Below, one piece after another: positions 50,637 through 64,000 of a stretch of DNA of 64,000 nt. The DNA comes from Candidatus Bathyarchaeota archaeon (lineage in GTDB: Archaea > Thermoproteota > Bathyarchaeia > Bathyarchaeales > DTEX01). Position 1 is the first letter of the stretch; every line of letters starts with the position of its first letter. Location of the stretch: NCBI GenBank assembly GCA_963714275.1, contig CAVQNT010000002.1, positions 160,001-224,000 on the forward strand, given 5' to 3'. A model generated the notes under the pieces. The model was not told where the DNA came from, searched no databases, and saw only the letters and a program-made list of their open reading frames with translations. The position numbers and the translations under genes are program-made.

Positions 50637-51869
50637 CTAATGAACCTTCTTTCTAAGAAACAAGGTTAAAACCATGCCTAACAAAGCCAAGACAATCGAA
50701 ATGTAGAAGGCTGGAAGATAGGATCCTTGATACGTTCTGAAGTAGTCTGCCATAATCGGTCCTAGAACACTACCGGCGCCATAAGCGGTGAAGACGACGC
50801 CATAGTTGACTCCCAAGTTTTTGCTTCCGTAATAGTCTGAAGTCAAAGCTGGATACGAAGCTAGAAATCCGCCGAAGCATAGACCTTCAAGGCAGAATCC
50901 AACAAGGAAGACGGTTGGCTCGGACACTGTGCTGATGATGAAAAGAGCGACAGCACATGCCAGAAACCCTATTGACAAAGCTTTTTCTCTTCCGATTCTG
51001 TCTCCGATGAGTCCCCACAAGATTCTACCTGTGGCATTGAATGCTCCCAGTATTGAGACTGCGAAAGCAGCCTGCAAACTGTCCATTTTCGCTATTTCCA
51101 TCGCAACCTGTTTGGCTTGACCAATTGTCATCAACCCAGCGGTGGTGCCGAACCAGTAGCTTACCCACATAAGAATAAACGGCAGGGTTTTAATCATGGC
51201 TGTTGGTTCAAATTCTGTCTTGGTTACTTTGCTTTTCTCTGGTGGGTTCCAACCTGCTGGCTTATAGTCTTTAGGCGGATTTTTCATAATCTGGGCTGAG
51301 GTTACGGTTAATGCCATGAAAAGTAAGCCTGAAACGAGGAAGTTGAATTGCCACGAATAATTATTTATAAGAAAGGTCCATAATGGGGCGAACAAGATGG
51401 CTCCTCCGCCGAATCCGAACACAACTAACCCTGTGATAAGCCCTTTTTTATCGGGGAACCATTTATTGCATGTTGCGATTGGAGCACCGTATGCGAATCC
51501 GATACCGAGTCCGAGGAGAACCCCATAGCTCACATACAGCCACAGCAGAGAGTTCGTGTAGCTGGACAGCATCATTCCCAGTCCGATTAGGATGCCTCCG
51601 ATGGTTACTACGGTTCTTGGTCCCTTTCGGTCTTGCAGTCTTCCCGCTGGTATCATGGAAAGAGCGAACGTGAGCAGGGCGATTGTGAAGGCAGGCGAGG
51701 TTTCGATTCTTGTCCAATGAAATTCCGCTTCAAGGGGCGGAACGAGGATGCTGAAGGCGTAAACAGCGCCTAAACATAGGTTGATCACAACTGCAGCAAC
51801 GACATATTTCCATCTTGCCGGTCCATCATGGTTTGTTTTTATGTTTGCGCTAGCCAAGTTACCCACCAC
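50637..51869 (-). CDS. MFS transporter, oxalate:formate antiporter (OFA) family
   Basis: CLGAVYAFS, GRLQDRKGPR, KWFPDKKGL, DYYGSKNLGVNYG. Confidence 0.92.
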   Translation of the reverse strand: MVGNLASANIKTNHDGPARWKYVVAAVVINLCLGAVYAFSILVPPLEAEFHWTRIETSPAFTIALLTFALSMIPAGRLQDRKGPRTVVTIGGILIGLGMMLSSYTNSLLWLYVSYGVLLGLGIGFAYGAPIATCNKWFPDKKGLITGLVVFGFGGGAILFAPLWTFLINNYSWQFNFLVSGLLFMALTVTSAQIMKNPPKDYKPAGWNPPEKSKVTKTEFEPTAMIKTLPFILMWVSYWFGTTAGLMTIGQAKQVAMEIAKMDSLQAAFAVSILGAFNATGRILWGLIGDRIGREKALSIGFLACAVALFIISTVSEPTVFLVGFCLEGLCFGGFLASYPALTSDYYGSKNLGVNYGVVFTAYGAGSVLGPIMADYFRTYQGSYLPAFYISIVLALLGMVLTLFLRKKVH

Positions 51870-51914
51870 ATAAACTACAGAGTTTCTTTCAAGATGAGGT
51901 TTTCCCTATAAAGG

Positions 51915-52615
51915 TTAGCTCATGTTTAACGCACCGAATAAGTCTTTGAGATAGTCAAGTGCTTCGTTAATGTCGCTGAACCTTTTAGCTCCGTGATGAG
52001 CGACGGGATTGTTGCCTACGATTATTGATTGACCCGCGTTTCTGAACAACAGCACATCGTTGCTTGAGTCTCCGACAGCCACGACTTCGCCCTTTGACAT
52101 TCCCAGAATCCTCAATACTTCTAGAAGTCCCTTTCCTTTATCGATTTTAGCAGGCAAAACATCAACGGCGTCCTCATGAACGACGACCGCCAGTTCGTCC
52201 TTGAAAGGTTCCGCGGCTTTATGTACGAATGAAGCGACGCTCGGAATCTTTCTGTGGTCTTTCGGAACAATTGTTAACTGCACTTCGTTAGGGTGCAACC
52301 AAACAGATTCGCTGAACTGCTCTAGGGCTTCGTTTTTGATTATCGTCATTTCTTTGGTCATTTCAACCATCTTTTTCAGCTCAGCTTTCTCGACGTCAAA
52401 AACTAGGCAGCCACTCTCTGCGATTACGAAAACAGGTTTTACGCCGATGCCTCGCGCGAATCCTAAAAGGTAAGAAACGTTTTTCCCAGAAGCAAGTACA
52501 ATTTTGGCTCCAAGTTTTTCTAGGTCTCTTAGTTTCCGCGAAACATCCAGCTTCGCTGGTCGGTGGATTTCAGTAAGGTTCCATCCACATCGAACACGGC
52601 AAGCTTGAAACTCAT
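51915..52615 (-). CDS. HAD-IIB (Cof/phosphoglycolate phosphatase-like) hydrolase (frameshift near 52575)
   Basis: MSFKLAVFDVDGT from 52615; ASG; DKGKGL; AVGDSSND. Confidence 0.88.
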
Positions 52616-52790
52616 GTTTCCAAACCTCATTAATGGTTAGCAGAGTGCGAAGCTTAAGTATTAAACATAATATACGGATATATCTCGGAACCCGAATGTT
52701 TCGGATGGAAATATAGATTGTTAGGTATAGGCTCATAAGTCAGCACATGAAGTCTATTTTGCGCACAAAGGACCTCTTTGGCGAAGAACG

Positions 52791-53585
52791 ATGCGAGAGC
52801 CGATTCAGATTGTACCTTTGGAAGACATGGATGAACGACTGTTCCTAAATTACTTAAATAAAGACAGGATTCGGCACATCTTCACGCTTTGTGACCTCAA
52901 GAACATACGCGAAAAAACAAGGGTCTGGGTCGCCCTCAGAAACACCGAAGTCACGGGTTACATTTTTGAGTACGACAATAGAATCGTCCATACACATGGA
53001 GACCCAAAAAACGTACCAGAACTCTTAAGCAAGATCGATCTGGATGAACCTGTCCTCGTTGTGCAGCCTAACCACGTAAGGGCGGTCAAAAAAGTTTTCG
53101 ACCCCGTTGAACGCATGGACCCCCTAAGTAAAGGCAAGACTACAACGTTTCTTGTCATGAAAACGGGTTCAGACACCTTTACACCTACAATTAAACATGC
53201 AGTAAAGAAGCTTGAAACCGAAGACCTTAACGAGACTTCGAAGAGCTTAAGCGAAGAGCTAAAAAATTTAGTCCAGAACGCGATAAACAGAGGGTTTGCT
53301 TATGGTGGATACGAAAACGGATTGTTGGTTTCATGCGCAACCATTTCAGAGTATCTCGAAGATGTGGCGCTTATCAGAGGCGTGTTCACTGTTCCCTCAA
53401 TGAGAGGTCAGGGGTTATCGACATCCGTATGTTCGGCTTTGGTCGAAGAATCAATAAAATTAGGCAAGACGCCGATGCTTTGGGTTTCAAAAGACAACCT
53501 TCCAGCGCTGAAGCTTTACGAAAAATTGGGATTCAAACAAACAGGCATCGTGCTAAAATGCTTCAAGGCTAAGAGAAAAGGATAA
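52791..53585 (+). CDS. GNAT-family acetyltransferase
   Basis: GVFTVPSMRGQGLS, N.PA..LYEKLGF. Confidence 0.88.
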   Translation: MREPIQIVPLEDMDERLFLNYLNKDRIRHIFTLCDLKNIREKTRVWVALRNTEVTGYIFEYDNRIVHTHGDPKNVPELLSKIDLDEPVLVVQPNHVRAVKKVFDPVERMDPLSKGKTTTFLVMKTGSDTFTPTIKHAVKKLETEDLNETSKSLSEELKNLVQNAINRGFAYGGYENGLLVSCATISEYLEDVALIRGVFTVPSMRGQGLSTSVCSALVEESIKLGKTPMLWVSKDNLPALKLYEKLGFKQTGIVLKCFKAKRKG

Positions 53586-53664
53586 CCATAAAAACAATAA
53601 AAGCCCGTTCTCAGATAGAAATTGCCAACATAAACTTCGTTCAAGACGAGAGGTTGTGAGCCTA

Positions 53665-54615
53665 ATGGAGTTAGATGGGACCCCATAATGAGCCAATGGG
53701 TCATCGTTTCAGGCAAAAGGGGAAAACGTCCACTGCTGCCGGAGGGTTACTGCCCTTTTTGTCCTGGGTCAAAGGAAGTTCCCGAGAAGGGCTGGAAGGT
53801 TCTGAGCTTGCCGAACGCGTTTCCGGCTTTACGGTCTGATCCTCCTCCGCCTGACGTTGAGGGTGACAGGTTGTACCGTTCTCTGTCATCTAAGGGTGTA
53901 TGCGAGGTTCTCATCTACACGCCTAAGCATGATGCCTCCTTGGCTGACTTGACCGTGGAGAACATACGGGCTGTTGTTGACTTGTGGACTCAACGGTTCG
54001 AGGAGTCGGCAGCAGAGATTACGTGAAGTACGTTTTCATCTTCGAAAACAAGGGCAGGATAATCGGGGTTACGCTTGACCATCCGCACGGGCAGCTTACG
54101 CTTTCCCGTTCGTCCCGTCCGTCATCCAGAAGGAGCTGACTTCGAGCCGAAAGTACTGGAAAAGGACTGGAAACTGCCTTTTCTGCACGATTATAGAAAA
54201 AGAGCTCAGGGAAGCTGTCCGCATCGTTTGCGAGAACGATGATTTCGTTTGTTTCCTGCCATTCTTCGCCCATTGGCCCTACGGCGTTCACATGTACCCG
54301 AAAAGGCACGTTGCAGCCTTGACTGACTTGACGGACAAAGAGAAAACGGCGTTTGCTTCAATCTTGAAGACTGTTCTCAGAAAGTTCGAGAACCTGTTTA
54401 ACACGAGTTTCCCTTACATGATGGTTCTGCATCAGAGACCCACGGACGGGAAACATTACCCGCACTACCATTTCCACGTGGAGTTCTATCCGCCGTACCG
54501 AGAAAAAGACAAGATAAAATATTTCGCAAGCGTGGAAAGCGGAGCTGGAACAATAACCTTCGACTATGCGCCGGAGATGAAGGCTGAGGAGCTGCGGAAT
54601 GCTCCTGCGACCTGA
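53665..54615 (+). CDS. galT: Galactose-1-phosphate uridylyltransferase (several frameshifts)
   Basis: WDP..QWVIVS, CPFCPG, FENKG..IGVTL.HPHGQ, FPYMM.LHQ, HFHVEFYPP. Confidence 0.93.
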
Positions 54616-54689
54616 AGAATTTTAAAAATCTTTTAAATATTAATAATAAGTCGTCAACGCCTTAATGGTGGCGAAGGAGACTGCGTTTC

Positions 54690-55919
54690 TTGAAAGGGCT
54701 GGTTGTGGTTTCGTCGCCTGGAAGAGCGGATTTCCTCAACACCCATCAGGACTACAAGGGCTTGCCTGTTGTGCCTGTCGCCATCAACCTGAGAATGCAT
54801 TTTACAGCTGAACCTACCAAAGACGAGACATTCACAATTGTGTCGCTTGACCTCCAAAAATTAAATGAACGCTTCACGGACAGTTTCAAAATCGGAATTA
54901 ACGAGATGCTAGAGGGAAGGTTCTTTGGCAACTATTTCCGCGGAATCGTAAACGTGCTGGTCAAACAAGGGCTAGCCGAGAAGCTTCGTGGCATGAACGT
55001 GACGATAAGAAGCGAAATACCCGTAGGCTCTGGGTTGTCCAGCAGCGCTGCGCTTGAGGTTGGGTTCGCAGAGCTACTTAACCACGTTTGCAGGCTTGGG
55101 CTTACAAAACACGACTTGGCGGAAGTAGCCTTCGCCGCGGAAAACCAGGAAGCAGGCATCCCCTGCGGCAGGCTTGACCAATACGGCGTTACCTTCGGCG
55201 GGATAATCAAACTTGAGTGTGTGCCACCTTACAATGTCGAGCCCCTTCCATTCAAGGACCTAACCTTTGCCATCGTTGATTCTGGAATTAGACATTCAAC
55301 GGCTGACATCCATCCGAAAAGGCAAGATGACATAAACAGGGGACTCAGGGCGCTCATGGAAAGCCCGTTGGTTCCTGAAGCCTTGAAAAGAAATCTTGGC
55401 TACACGTTCAACGAACCGAAATGGAGAAAAATCAGCGAAGACGAGATTAAAGATTGTCTTTCAGTTCTGGACGACAATGCAAGAAGCCGAATCCTCTTTA
55501 CTTTGAGAATGCAAAAGTCAACTGAGTTCGCCCTAAAAGTTTTACGTTACGAGAAAATAGGTGGCTCAGAGGCTGGTCTTTACTTCGGAGAAGAAAGGTG
55601 GAAAGTCCCAAAAAAGGAAGCATCTTCGGAGCTTAACTACCGAATTTTGGGCGCTGTAATGAATGACCAGCAGACTTTGCTAAGGGACCTCTACGACGTT
55701 AGTTTACCGAAGCTTGAAGACATCTGCCAACACGCCCTGAATGCGGGTGCTTATGGTGCCAAAATATCGGGAGCAGGCTTGGGTGGAAGCATAATTGCGC
55801 TGGTTAAGAACGGCGAGGACGGAAGGAAAGTCATTGATGCCTGCCTTTGCGTTGGCGCCAAAAACGGGTGGGTCTCCAAAGTCGGTGAAGGCGTAAAAGT
55901 TGAGCAAGTGTGCAATTAG
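54690..55919 (+). CDS. galK: Galactokinase (GHMP family)
   Basis: SPGRAD...HQDY, IPVGSGLSSSAALE, CGRLDQ, GAKISGAGLGG. Confidence 0.88.
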   Translation: MKGLVVVSSPGRADFLNTHQDYKGLPVVPVAINLRMHFTAEPTKDETFTIVSLDLQKLNERFTDSFKIGINEMLEGRFFGNYFRGIVNVLVKQGLAEKLRGMNVTIRSEIPVGSGLSSSAALEVGFAELLNHVCRLGLTKHDLAEVAFAAENQEAGIPCGRLDQYGVTFGGIIKLECVPPYNVEPLPFKDLTFAIVDSGIRHSTADIHPKRQDDINRGLRALMESPLVPEALKRNLGYTFNEPKWRKISEDEIKDCLSVLDDNARSRILFTLRMQKSTEFALKVLRYEKIGGSEAGLYFGEERWKVPKKEASSELNYRILGAVMNDQQTLLRDLYDVSLPKLEDICQHALNAGAYGAKISGAGLGGSIIALVKNGEDGRKVIDACLCVGAKNGWVSKVGEGVKVEQVCN

Positions 55920-55969
55920 AGAGACATTTAAAACGCACTTTACGTTTATTATTAGTTTGGTTCTGGGTT

Positions 55970-57143
55970 ATGGTCTCTAACCTGCCAGCTGAAGCAAAAA
56001 ACAAGTGGGCGGAAGTTGCAGCCTGCCATTCTACGCCTGAAAAGATTAAGTTGATGCGGGAGTTCATCTCGCTTGTTCCAAAACACAAGGGAACCGCTAA
56101 GCTCTTGGGTAACGTGAGACGTCGCATAGCCACCCTTGAGAACGAAGTTGAGAAGACTAAGGCTCGAAGAAAAGGCAGCCGTGCAGGAGGCTTCTCGGTT
56201 CCCAAAGAAGGCGCTGGGCAAATCATCGTCCTGGGTCTAACAAAAGTTGGACGAAGCAGCCTTTTGGCTTCAGTAACTAACGCCAAGGTGGAGGCATCGC
56301 CAATCTTCTTTGCCACACGGAAACCCGTCATTGGGATGCTGCCGTACAAGAACATCCAGTTTCAGCTCGTGGAGGCGCCTGCTTTGGTTGAAGGCTCATC
56401 TCAAGGCAAAATGGGCGGGTCGCAGATTTTGGGTCTCGCGCGGAACGCTGACGGTTTGATGTTGATGGTTGATTTATCCGAGGACCCGGTTGAACAGTTT
56501 CACTTGTTGCGTTCAGAGCTGGAGCGGTCAGGCGTGTTGATTGGGAGGTCCGAAGGCGAGGTGGAGGTTACCCGTCGAAGCGTCGGAGCAAGCGTCCAAG
56601 TTGTTGGAGGTGGAATATTGGTTAACTGCACCTTAGACGACATCAGAAGGATGCTTGAGAGCCTACCGAATCAATTCCGCACTGGTGAGGATTCGAGGAA
56701 AAGTAGCCTTGGACGACATCGAGACCTCGTTGTTCTCAAGCACCGTTTACAAGCCAACATTAATCGTGGCAAACAAGCTCGACGCGCCAAAAGCTGGGGA
56801 AGCTCTACAGAAATTTAGGGAGGAACTAAAGGACTTTGAGATTCCGATTCTTCCAGTTTCATGCCTCAAAAGTCAGGGACTGGAAGATATCGGCAGATAC
56901 ATCTTCAAGATGTTAAGCATAATAAGAATCTACACAAAAGAACCCAGCGATAAAGAGCCGTCTCCGAATCCCATTGTTGTCAAAGAAGGAACCACGGTCA
57001 TCGACATCGCCAAGGAACTGCACAGCAGCCTTTACAAAAGGTTCCAGTACGGACGCATTTGGGGACAAAGCGCCAAGTACCCGGGGCAAAAAGTGGGTTC
57101 AAACCACATGTTGAAAGATAGCGACATACTCGAAATTCATTAG
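55970..57143 (+). CDS. DRG/OBG-family GTPase with TGS domain (frameshift near 56655)
   Basis: PKHKGT, GLTKVGRSS, FATRKP, NKLD, IRIYTKEP, ARIWG-like GRIWG.SAKYPGQKVG. Confidence 0.92.
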
Positions 57144-57171
57144 TATCGCCAATCTTGTCATGTGCCCAAAC

Positions 57172-57537
57172 CTAAGTTGTCGTTAAAAAGGTTTTCAGCA
57201 TTGTTCTGCAGCCTTCGTAGGTTATTTTTTCTCCCCACACAACCTCGCCCCTTGTTGGCTCAACAACCATGCCCTTGTACATTCCTGAAGGGTTCAAAAT
57301 GTAGAAAGCCTGAGCGACGAAAAGCAGCAAGTTAAGGTCTCTGCCTGAAAAGGTCTGCTCCAGAAACCTGCTTTGCTGGTCAGTCAACTGGATTCTTTCC
57401 CGTAACGCTTCCATTATGCCTTTTCTTTCCTCATCCATTATGCTGAGAAGGTCAGAAAGCGTGATTCCTTGTTCCTTTAGATAGTCTTTCAAAGCCTCTC
57501 TGAGAGGTATATAACCTGTTTCCTGAGGCACACCCAT
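57172..57537 (-). CDS. Hypothetical protein
   Basis: Clean 121-aa ORF divergent from the CdvA-like gene. Confidence 0.65.
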   Translation of the reverse strand: MGVPQETGYIPLREALKDYLKEQGITLSDLLSIMDEERKGIMEALRERIQLTDQQSRFLEQTFSGRDLNLLLFVAQAFYILNPSGMYKGMVVEPTRGEVVWGEKITYEGCRTMLKTFLTTT

Positions 57538-57634
57538 AACGCTCCTTCCGTTAAGAGACAACGTGCAAAAGAATTTAACATTAAGGATTAAATATATACA
57601 GTGCATTGGTTCTACTACATTAGGAGGCAGTTAC

Positions 57635-58538
57635 TTGTCTGATTTAAGTGAACCCCGCGTTCGCTGTCCAGGCTGCGGCAAACTCGCTCCAGCCATGAAA
57701 TACTGCATATACTGCGGAGCAAAATTACCTGAACCGACTCCGCCATCAATTAAGCCACCGCAATCTGCGACTCTTCCTCCTCTGCCGCCAACGATATCGC
57801 CGCCGACCCAATCTTTACCCCGTGCGGTTACGTCACCTTCGGTTGTGGCTAGAGACGAGATTGCCAGTCTTATGTCAGGCGTCGAAACCCTCTACGAGAG
57901 GAAGATTTCGCTTCTTGGCCTCTTTCGGTCAGGAGAAGTCACAGAACGGATATTCCTGAAACTCTTCAGCGAGTACGAGGGCAAATTGAACAGTTTTCTT
58001 AAGGCTAGGGAAATAAAAGTGGGGGAGTTCAAAGACAAGCTAGACGAAAGAAACAAGCGACTCACCGAGATTTCATTGAAGCTTGAGGAGCTTGATGTTC
58101 GCCACAAAGTGGGAGAGGTGGACTCCAACCTTTACACTCAGCAGGCGGACAACCTAAGGGCGGAGGAACGCGAGCTCATCGAGTCGTCGAAGATGCTGAG
58201 AACCAACATCAACAATCTAGAAAACATGTTGTCAAGTAAAAGACCAGGCCAAATTCGGGACTTCGAGAATAAACTGAAATCTTGCCTAAGCGACCTTGAA
58301 AAGCTTGTAACTGAAGGAAAGGTTACTGCAGAGACCTTGAAAACCGTTAAACCCGACATCGATGAAACCTTGACGTTTTTCGACTCGCTAATCAAAGAAC
58401 ACAAAGAGAAAGACCGAAGCCTCAGAGAACAGACTCGAAACCCTCCAAACAAGGTATAAACTAAGCGAACTTTCCATTGAAGAGTACGAAAGAAAAAAAC
58501 ACGAACTTCAGACAGAAATAGACAAAATCTGGGTTTAA
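57635..58538 (+). CDS. Zn ribbon + Pro-rich linker + CdvA-like coiled-coil protein (frameshift near 58430)
   Basis: GGAGG RBS; CPGC..YCIYC; repeated L...F.SGEV / LEEL.VRH.VGEV / LQTRY.L.ELS.EEY motifs; ends at TAA 58538. Confidence 0.65.
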
Positions 58539-58642
58539 CCTCGCCCTCAAGGATTTTTCCATTCTTCTTTGTTCAGAAGTATGCTTCAAAGACCTAAAAG
58601 CTGAACTCCTCAGCCACGACTACAATAAAGTAGGAGTCCACA

Positions 58643-60328
58643 ATGAAGTTCCAAGCGTTAACCGAGATTTGCGAAAAACTGTCATCAACAACCAAACGTA
58701 ACCGGATGACCGACGCAGCTGCAGAGTTCCTGAAGGTTCTTGATGACGACGAGGTTGAGCCAGCTGTTTCGATGATGCTTGGACGCGCCTTCCCGAAGTG
58801 GAACCAGAGGACCCTTGATGTCAGCTGGGCAACCCTCAGCAGCACCATCGAACGATTGACAAAAACGGACTGGAAAGAATTCTCAGCCACATTTCGAGAA
58901 ACAGGCGACATAGGCTCAGCAGTCCAAGCCATCTTCGAAAGGAACAAAGTTCGCAGGCAGGCTACCCTCTTTGAGAACCCGCTGACGATACTTGAGGTCA
59001 GAAGAGTCCTTGAAGCTATGGCTGAGTCAATTGGGCAGGGTGCCCGTGAAAAGAAGGAACGGCTTATCGAAATCCTTTTTGGGCGAGCTGAACCGCTGGA
59101 AGCCAAGTACCTCGTCAAAATCATACTCAGCGAGATGAGAACAGGATTCCACGAAGGGCTCATGGAAATAGCGGTTTCCAAAGCATTTTCCATTCCCCTT
59201 AAGACCGTTCAAAAAGCCGCAATGTTCACCGGAGACATCGGCGAAGTCGCGTCCATAAGCAAGACCCAAGGCGCAGAGGAAGTTGCAGGGCTTAGCTTCA
59301 AGGTTTTTAGACCCATAAAACCGATGCTTGCCAGCATGGCTGAAAATCCATATGAAGTCTTAAAGGAATATGGGGGAAAATCTGCTTTTGAGTATAAGCT
59401 TGACGGTGCCAGAATTCAGATTCACACATCACTCGGTGAAGTGAAGATTTTCAGTCGCCGACTAACGGATGTTACTGAAAGTCTTCCAGAGGTTGTGCAG
59501 CAAGTTCAACACGAAATAAAGGCAGAAGAAGCCATTTTAGAAGGCGAAGTCATCGCCGTGGGGCAGGACGGTAACCCCTTTCCGTTTCAGCACCTGATGC
59601 GCCGTTTCCGAAGAGTTTATGACATCGGAACTATGCTTAAAGAAATCCCGGTCAAGTTGTACTTGTTCGATGCAATATACCTCAATGGCGAAAGCCTCAT
59701 CAGCCTTCCTTATTTGTCTCGGCGACAAAAATTGACGGAAGCAGCTGGAAGCATCCCCCTTACTGAGCAAATTGTATCTGAAGACTTGGAGGAAGCTGAG
59801 CGTTTCATGCGTAAAGCCGTGGATGAGGGACACGAGGGGCTTGTGGCGAAAAGGCTTGATGGTCCCTACACGCCGGGAGTCCGCGGCAAACACTGGTTCA
59901 AAATCAAAGAAATCTTGGAACCGTTAGACCTGGTGATTGTCGCCGCTGAATACGGTTACGGGAGAAGGCGCAGGTGGCTGTCGGACTATCATCTTGCAGC
60001 GAGAGACGAGCAAAGTGGCGAGCTTCTCACCTTGGGCAAAACCTTCAAGGGATTAACGGACAAAGAGATGGAGGATATGACCCAGCGGCTCCTAAAAATT
60101 GCTGTGAGGTATGATGGGCACAGGGTTGTTGTTCAACCAAGCATTGTCGTTGAGGTGGCGTACAATGAGATTCAGGAAAGCCCGACCTACAAGTGCGGGA
60201 TGGCTTTAAGGTTTGCCCGAATATCGAGGATACGGGAAGACAAAAGCCCAGATGAAGCCGACACAATCCAAAGGGTCCAGAAAATATATGAAAAACAGTT
60301 TGAAAAGAAAGCTAGATTCGGTATGTAA
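58643..60328 (+). CDS. lig: ATP-dependent DNA ligase (archaeal, with DNA-binding domain)
   Basis: KPMLA, EYKLDGARIQIH, FSRRL, EGEV, LFD, EGLVAK, WFKIK, ALRFARI..IREDK. Confidence 0.97.
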   Translation: MKFQALTEICEKLSSTTKRNRMTDAAAEFLKVLDDDEVEPAVSMMLGRAFPKWNQRTLDVSWATLSSTIERLTKTDWKEFSATFRETGDIGSAVQAIFERNKVRRQATLFENPLTILEVRRVLEAMAESIGQGAREKKERLIEILFGRAEPLEAKYLVKIILSEMRTGFHEGLMEIAVSKAFSIPLKTVQKAAMFTGDIGEVASISKTQGAEEVAGLSFKVFRPIKPMLASMAENPYEVLKEYGGKSAFEYKLDGARIQIHTSLGEVKIFSRRLTDVTESLPEVVQQVQHEIKAEEAILEGEVIAVGQDGNPFPFQHLMRRFRRVYDIGTMLKEIPVKLYLFDAIYLNGESLISLPYLSRRQKLTEAAGSIPLTEQIVSEDLEEAERFMRKAVDEGHEGLVAKRLDGPYTPGVRGKHWFKIKEILEPLDLVIVAAEYGYGRRRRWLSDYHLAARDEQSGELLTLGKTFKGLTDKEMEDMTQRLLKIAVRYDGHRVVVQPSIVVEVAYNEIQESPTYKCGMALRFARISRIREDKSPDEADTIQRVQKIYEKQFEKKARFGM

Positions 60329-60495
60329 TATTTCAAGTGGTGAGAAAACCTTCGAGCCTTCATGAGAAAGGTTCAGGTAACAGAGACTTTAAGCTTTCTC
60401 GCATATTGTATGCCTAGCTGTGTGGATGGGTAACAGTCATAAACCTTTTAGCATAATAAAGTAATAGCCAATTTATGATGTTACGGTGACTAGAC

Positions 60496-61111
60496 TTGTC
60501 CAGAAAGACCTCGATTGTTGCTGAGGCTTTGGTTCGTTCAGGCGCCCTAAAGTTTGGAAGCTTCAAGTTAAAATCTAGCATTATAAGCCCATACTACATT
60601 GATTTGACATGGCTTCTGTCTTCTCCGAATGATTTCGGTTCCGTTGTCGATGTTGTGGCTGAAGAAATCAAGCCCATGGTTTCTTCGAGAAAAGTGAACA
60701 AGCTAGCCTCTATCGAGCTCAAGGGCGCATTGTTGATTCCAAGCATAGCTGGCAAATTGGGTTTGCCCTGTGTTGTCATCAGGAAGGAATCGAAGACCTA
60801 CGGCTTGACAGACAGAATAACGGGAGGCGAAGTTCGGAAGGGCGACCGCATAGCATTCTTTGACGACGTGATAACTTCAGGTGCCTCCAAAATTGAAGCT
60901 CGTTAAGCTGATAGAGGAAGCGGGCGGAAAAATCGAAGCCGTGGTCGTTGTGGTTGACAGAGAGCAAGGTGGAAAACAGGAATTGGAAAAACAAGGCTAC
61001 AAGGTTAAACCTGTTACAACCATTTCGGAAATCGTGAAAAACCTTGTTTCAGCCAAAACTCTTTCTAGTAATCAAGCTGACAAAATTTTTATGTATTTAG
61101 GAAAAGTCTAA
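60496..61111 (+). CDS. pyrE: Orotate phosphoribosyltransferase (frameshift near 60900)
   Basis: KFGSFKLKS...SPYYID, IRKE.K.YG, FDDVITSG.S, VVVDREQGG. Confidence 0.93.
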
Positions 61112-61210
61112 GCCATCTGATATTACTTAAGAGGTTCAGAACGCCTAGACAATAAATCAAAGCAGAGAAACGAACAGCTCAGCTATTCAAACCTGACCGA
61201 AGATAGCGAA

Positions 61211-64000
<2,790 letters not shown>

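Overview
Chromosomal segment of an archaeon, most likely Bathyarchaeia (TACK). This is inferred from RadA, Rpo11/Csl4/Dph2, archaeal DNA ligase, tRNA-splicing endonuclease, intron-containing tRNAs, arcadin-1, a CdvA-like protein, an OSTC-like protein, and URO-D/corrinoid methyltransferase genes. About 65 genes are present, mostly housekeeping (information processing, pyrimidine and purine synthesis), plus a galactose/beta-galactosidase module and a lipoyl/alcohol dehydrogenase/corrinoid catabolic cluster. Roughly 20 genes, including essential ones, are split by single indels, which points to long-read consensus errors rather than gene decay. No transposase, integrase, CRISPR array or rRNA was found. 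The most notable unexplained features are: (1) a dispersed, strictly intergenic, phased repeat family (paired TTTG-nnnnn-CA sites 24 bp apart, about 61-63 bp period, core TTTGTGTGACA) at about 5.0-5.3, 31.3 and 42.8 kb; (2) a tRNA-Arg(TCT) with two introns, one at position 9/10 whose BHB helix uses the acceptor stem; (3) a second, divergent ATP-dependent ligase with a Zn-ribbon insert; (4) a deletion scar fusing the E1-alpha N-terminus to the E2 C-terminus of a 2-oxoacid dehydrogenase operon; (5) eukaryote-like proteins (OSTC/DC2, a canonical C2H2 finger). All calls come from reading motifs by eye; no database searches were run.
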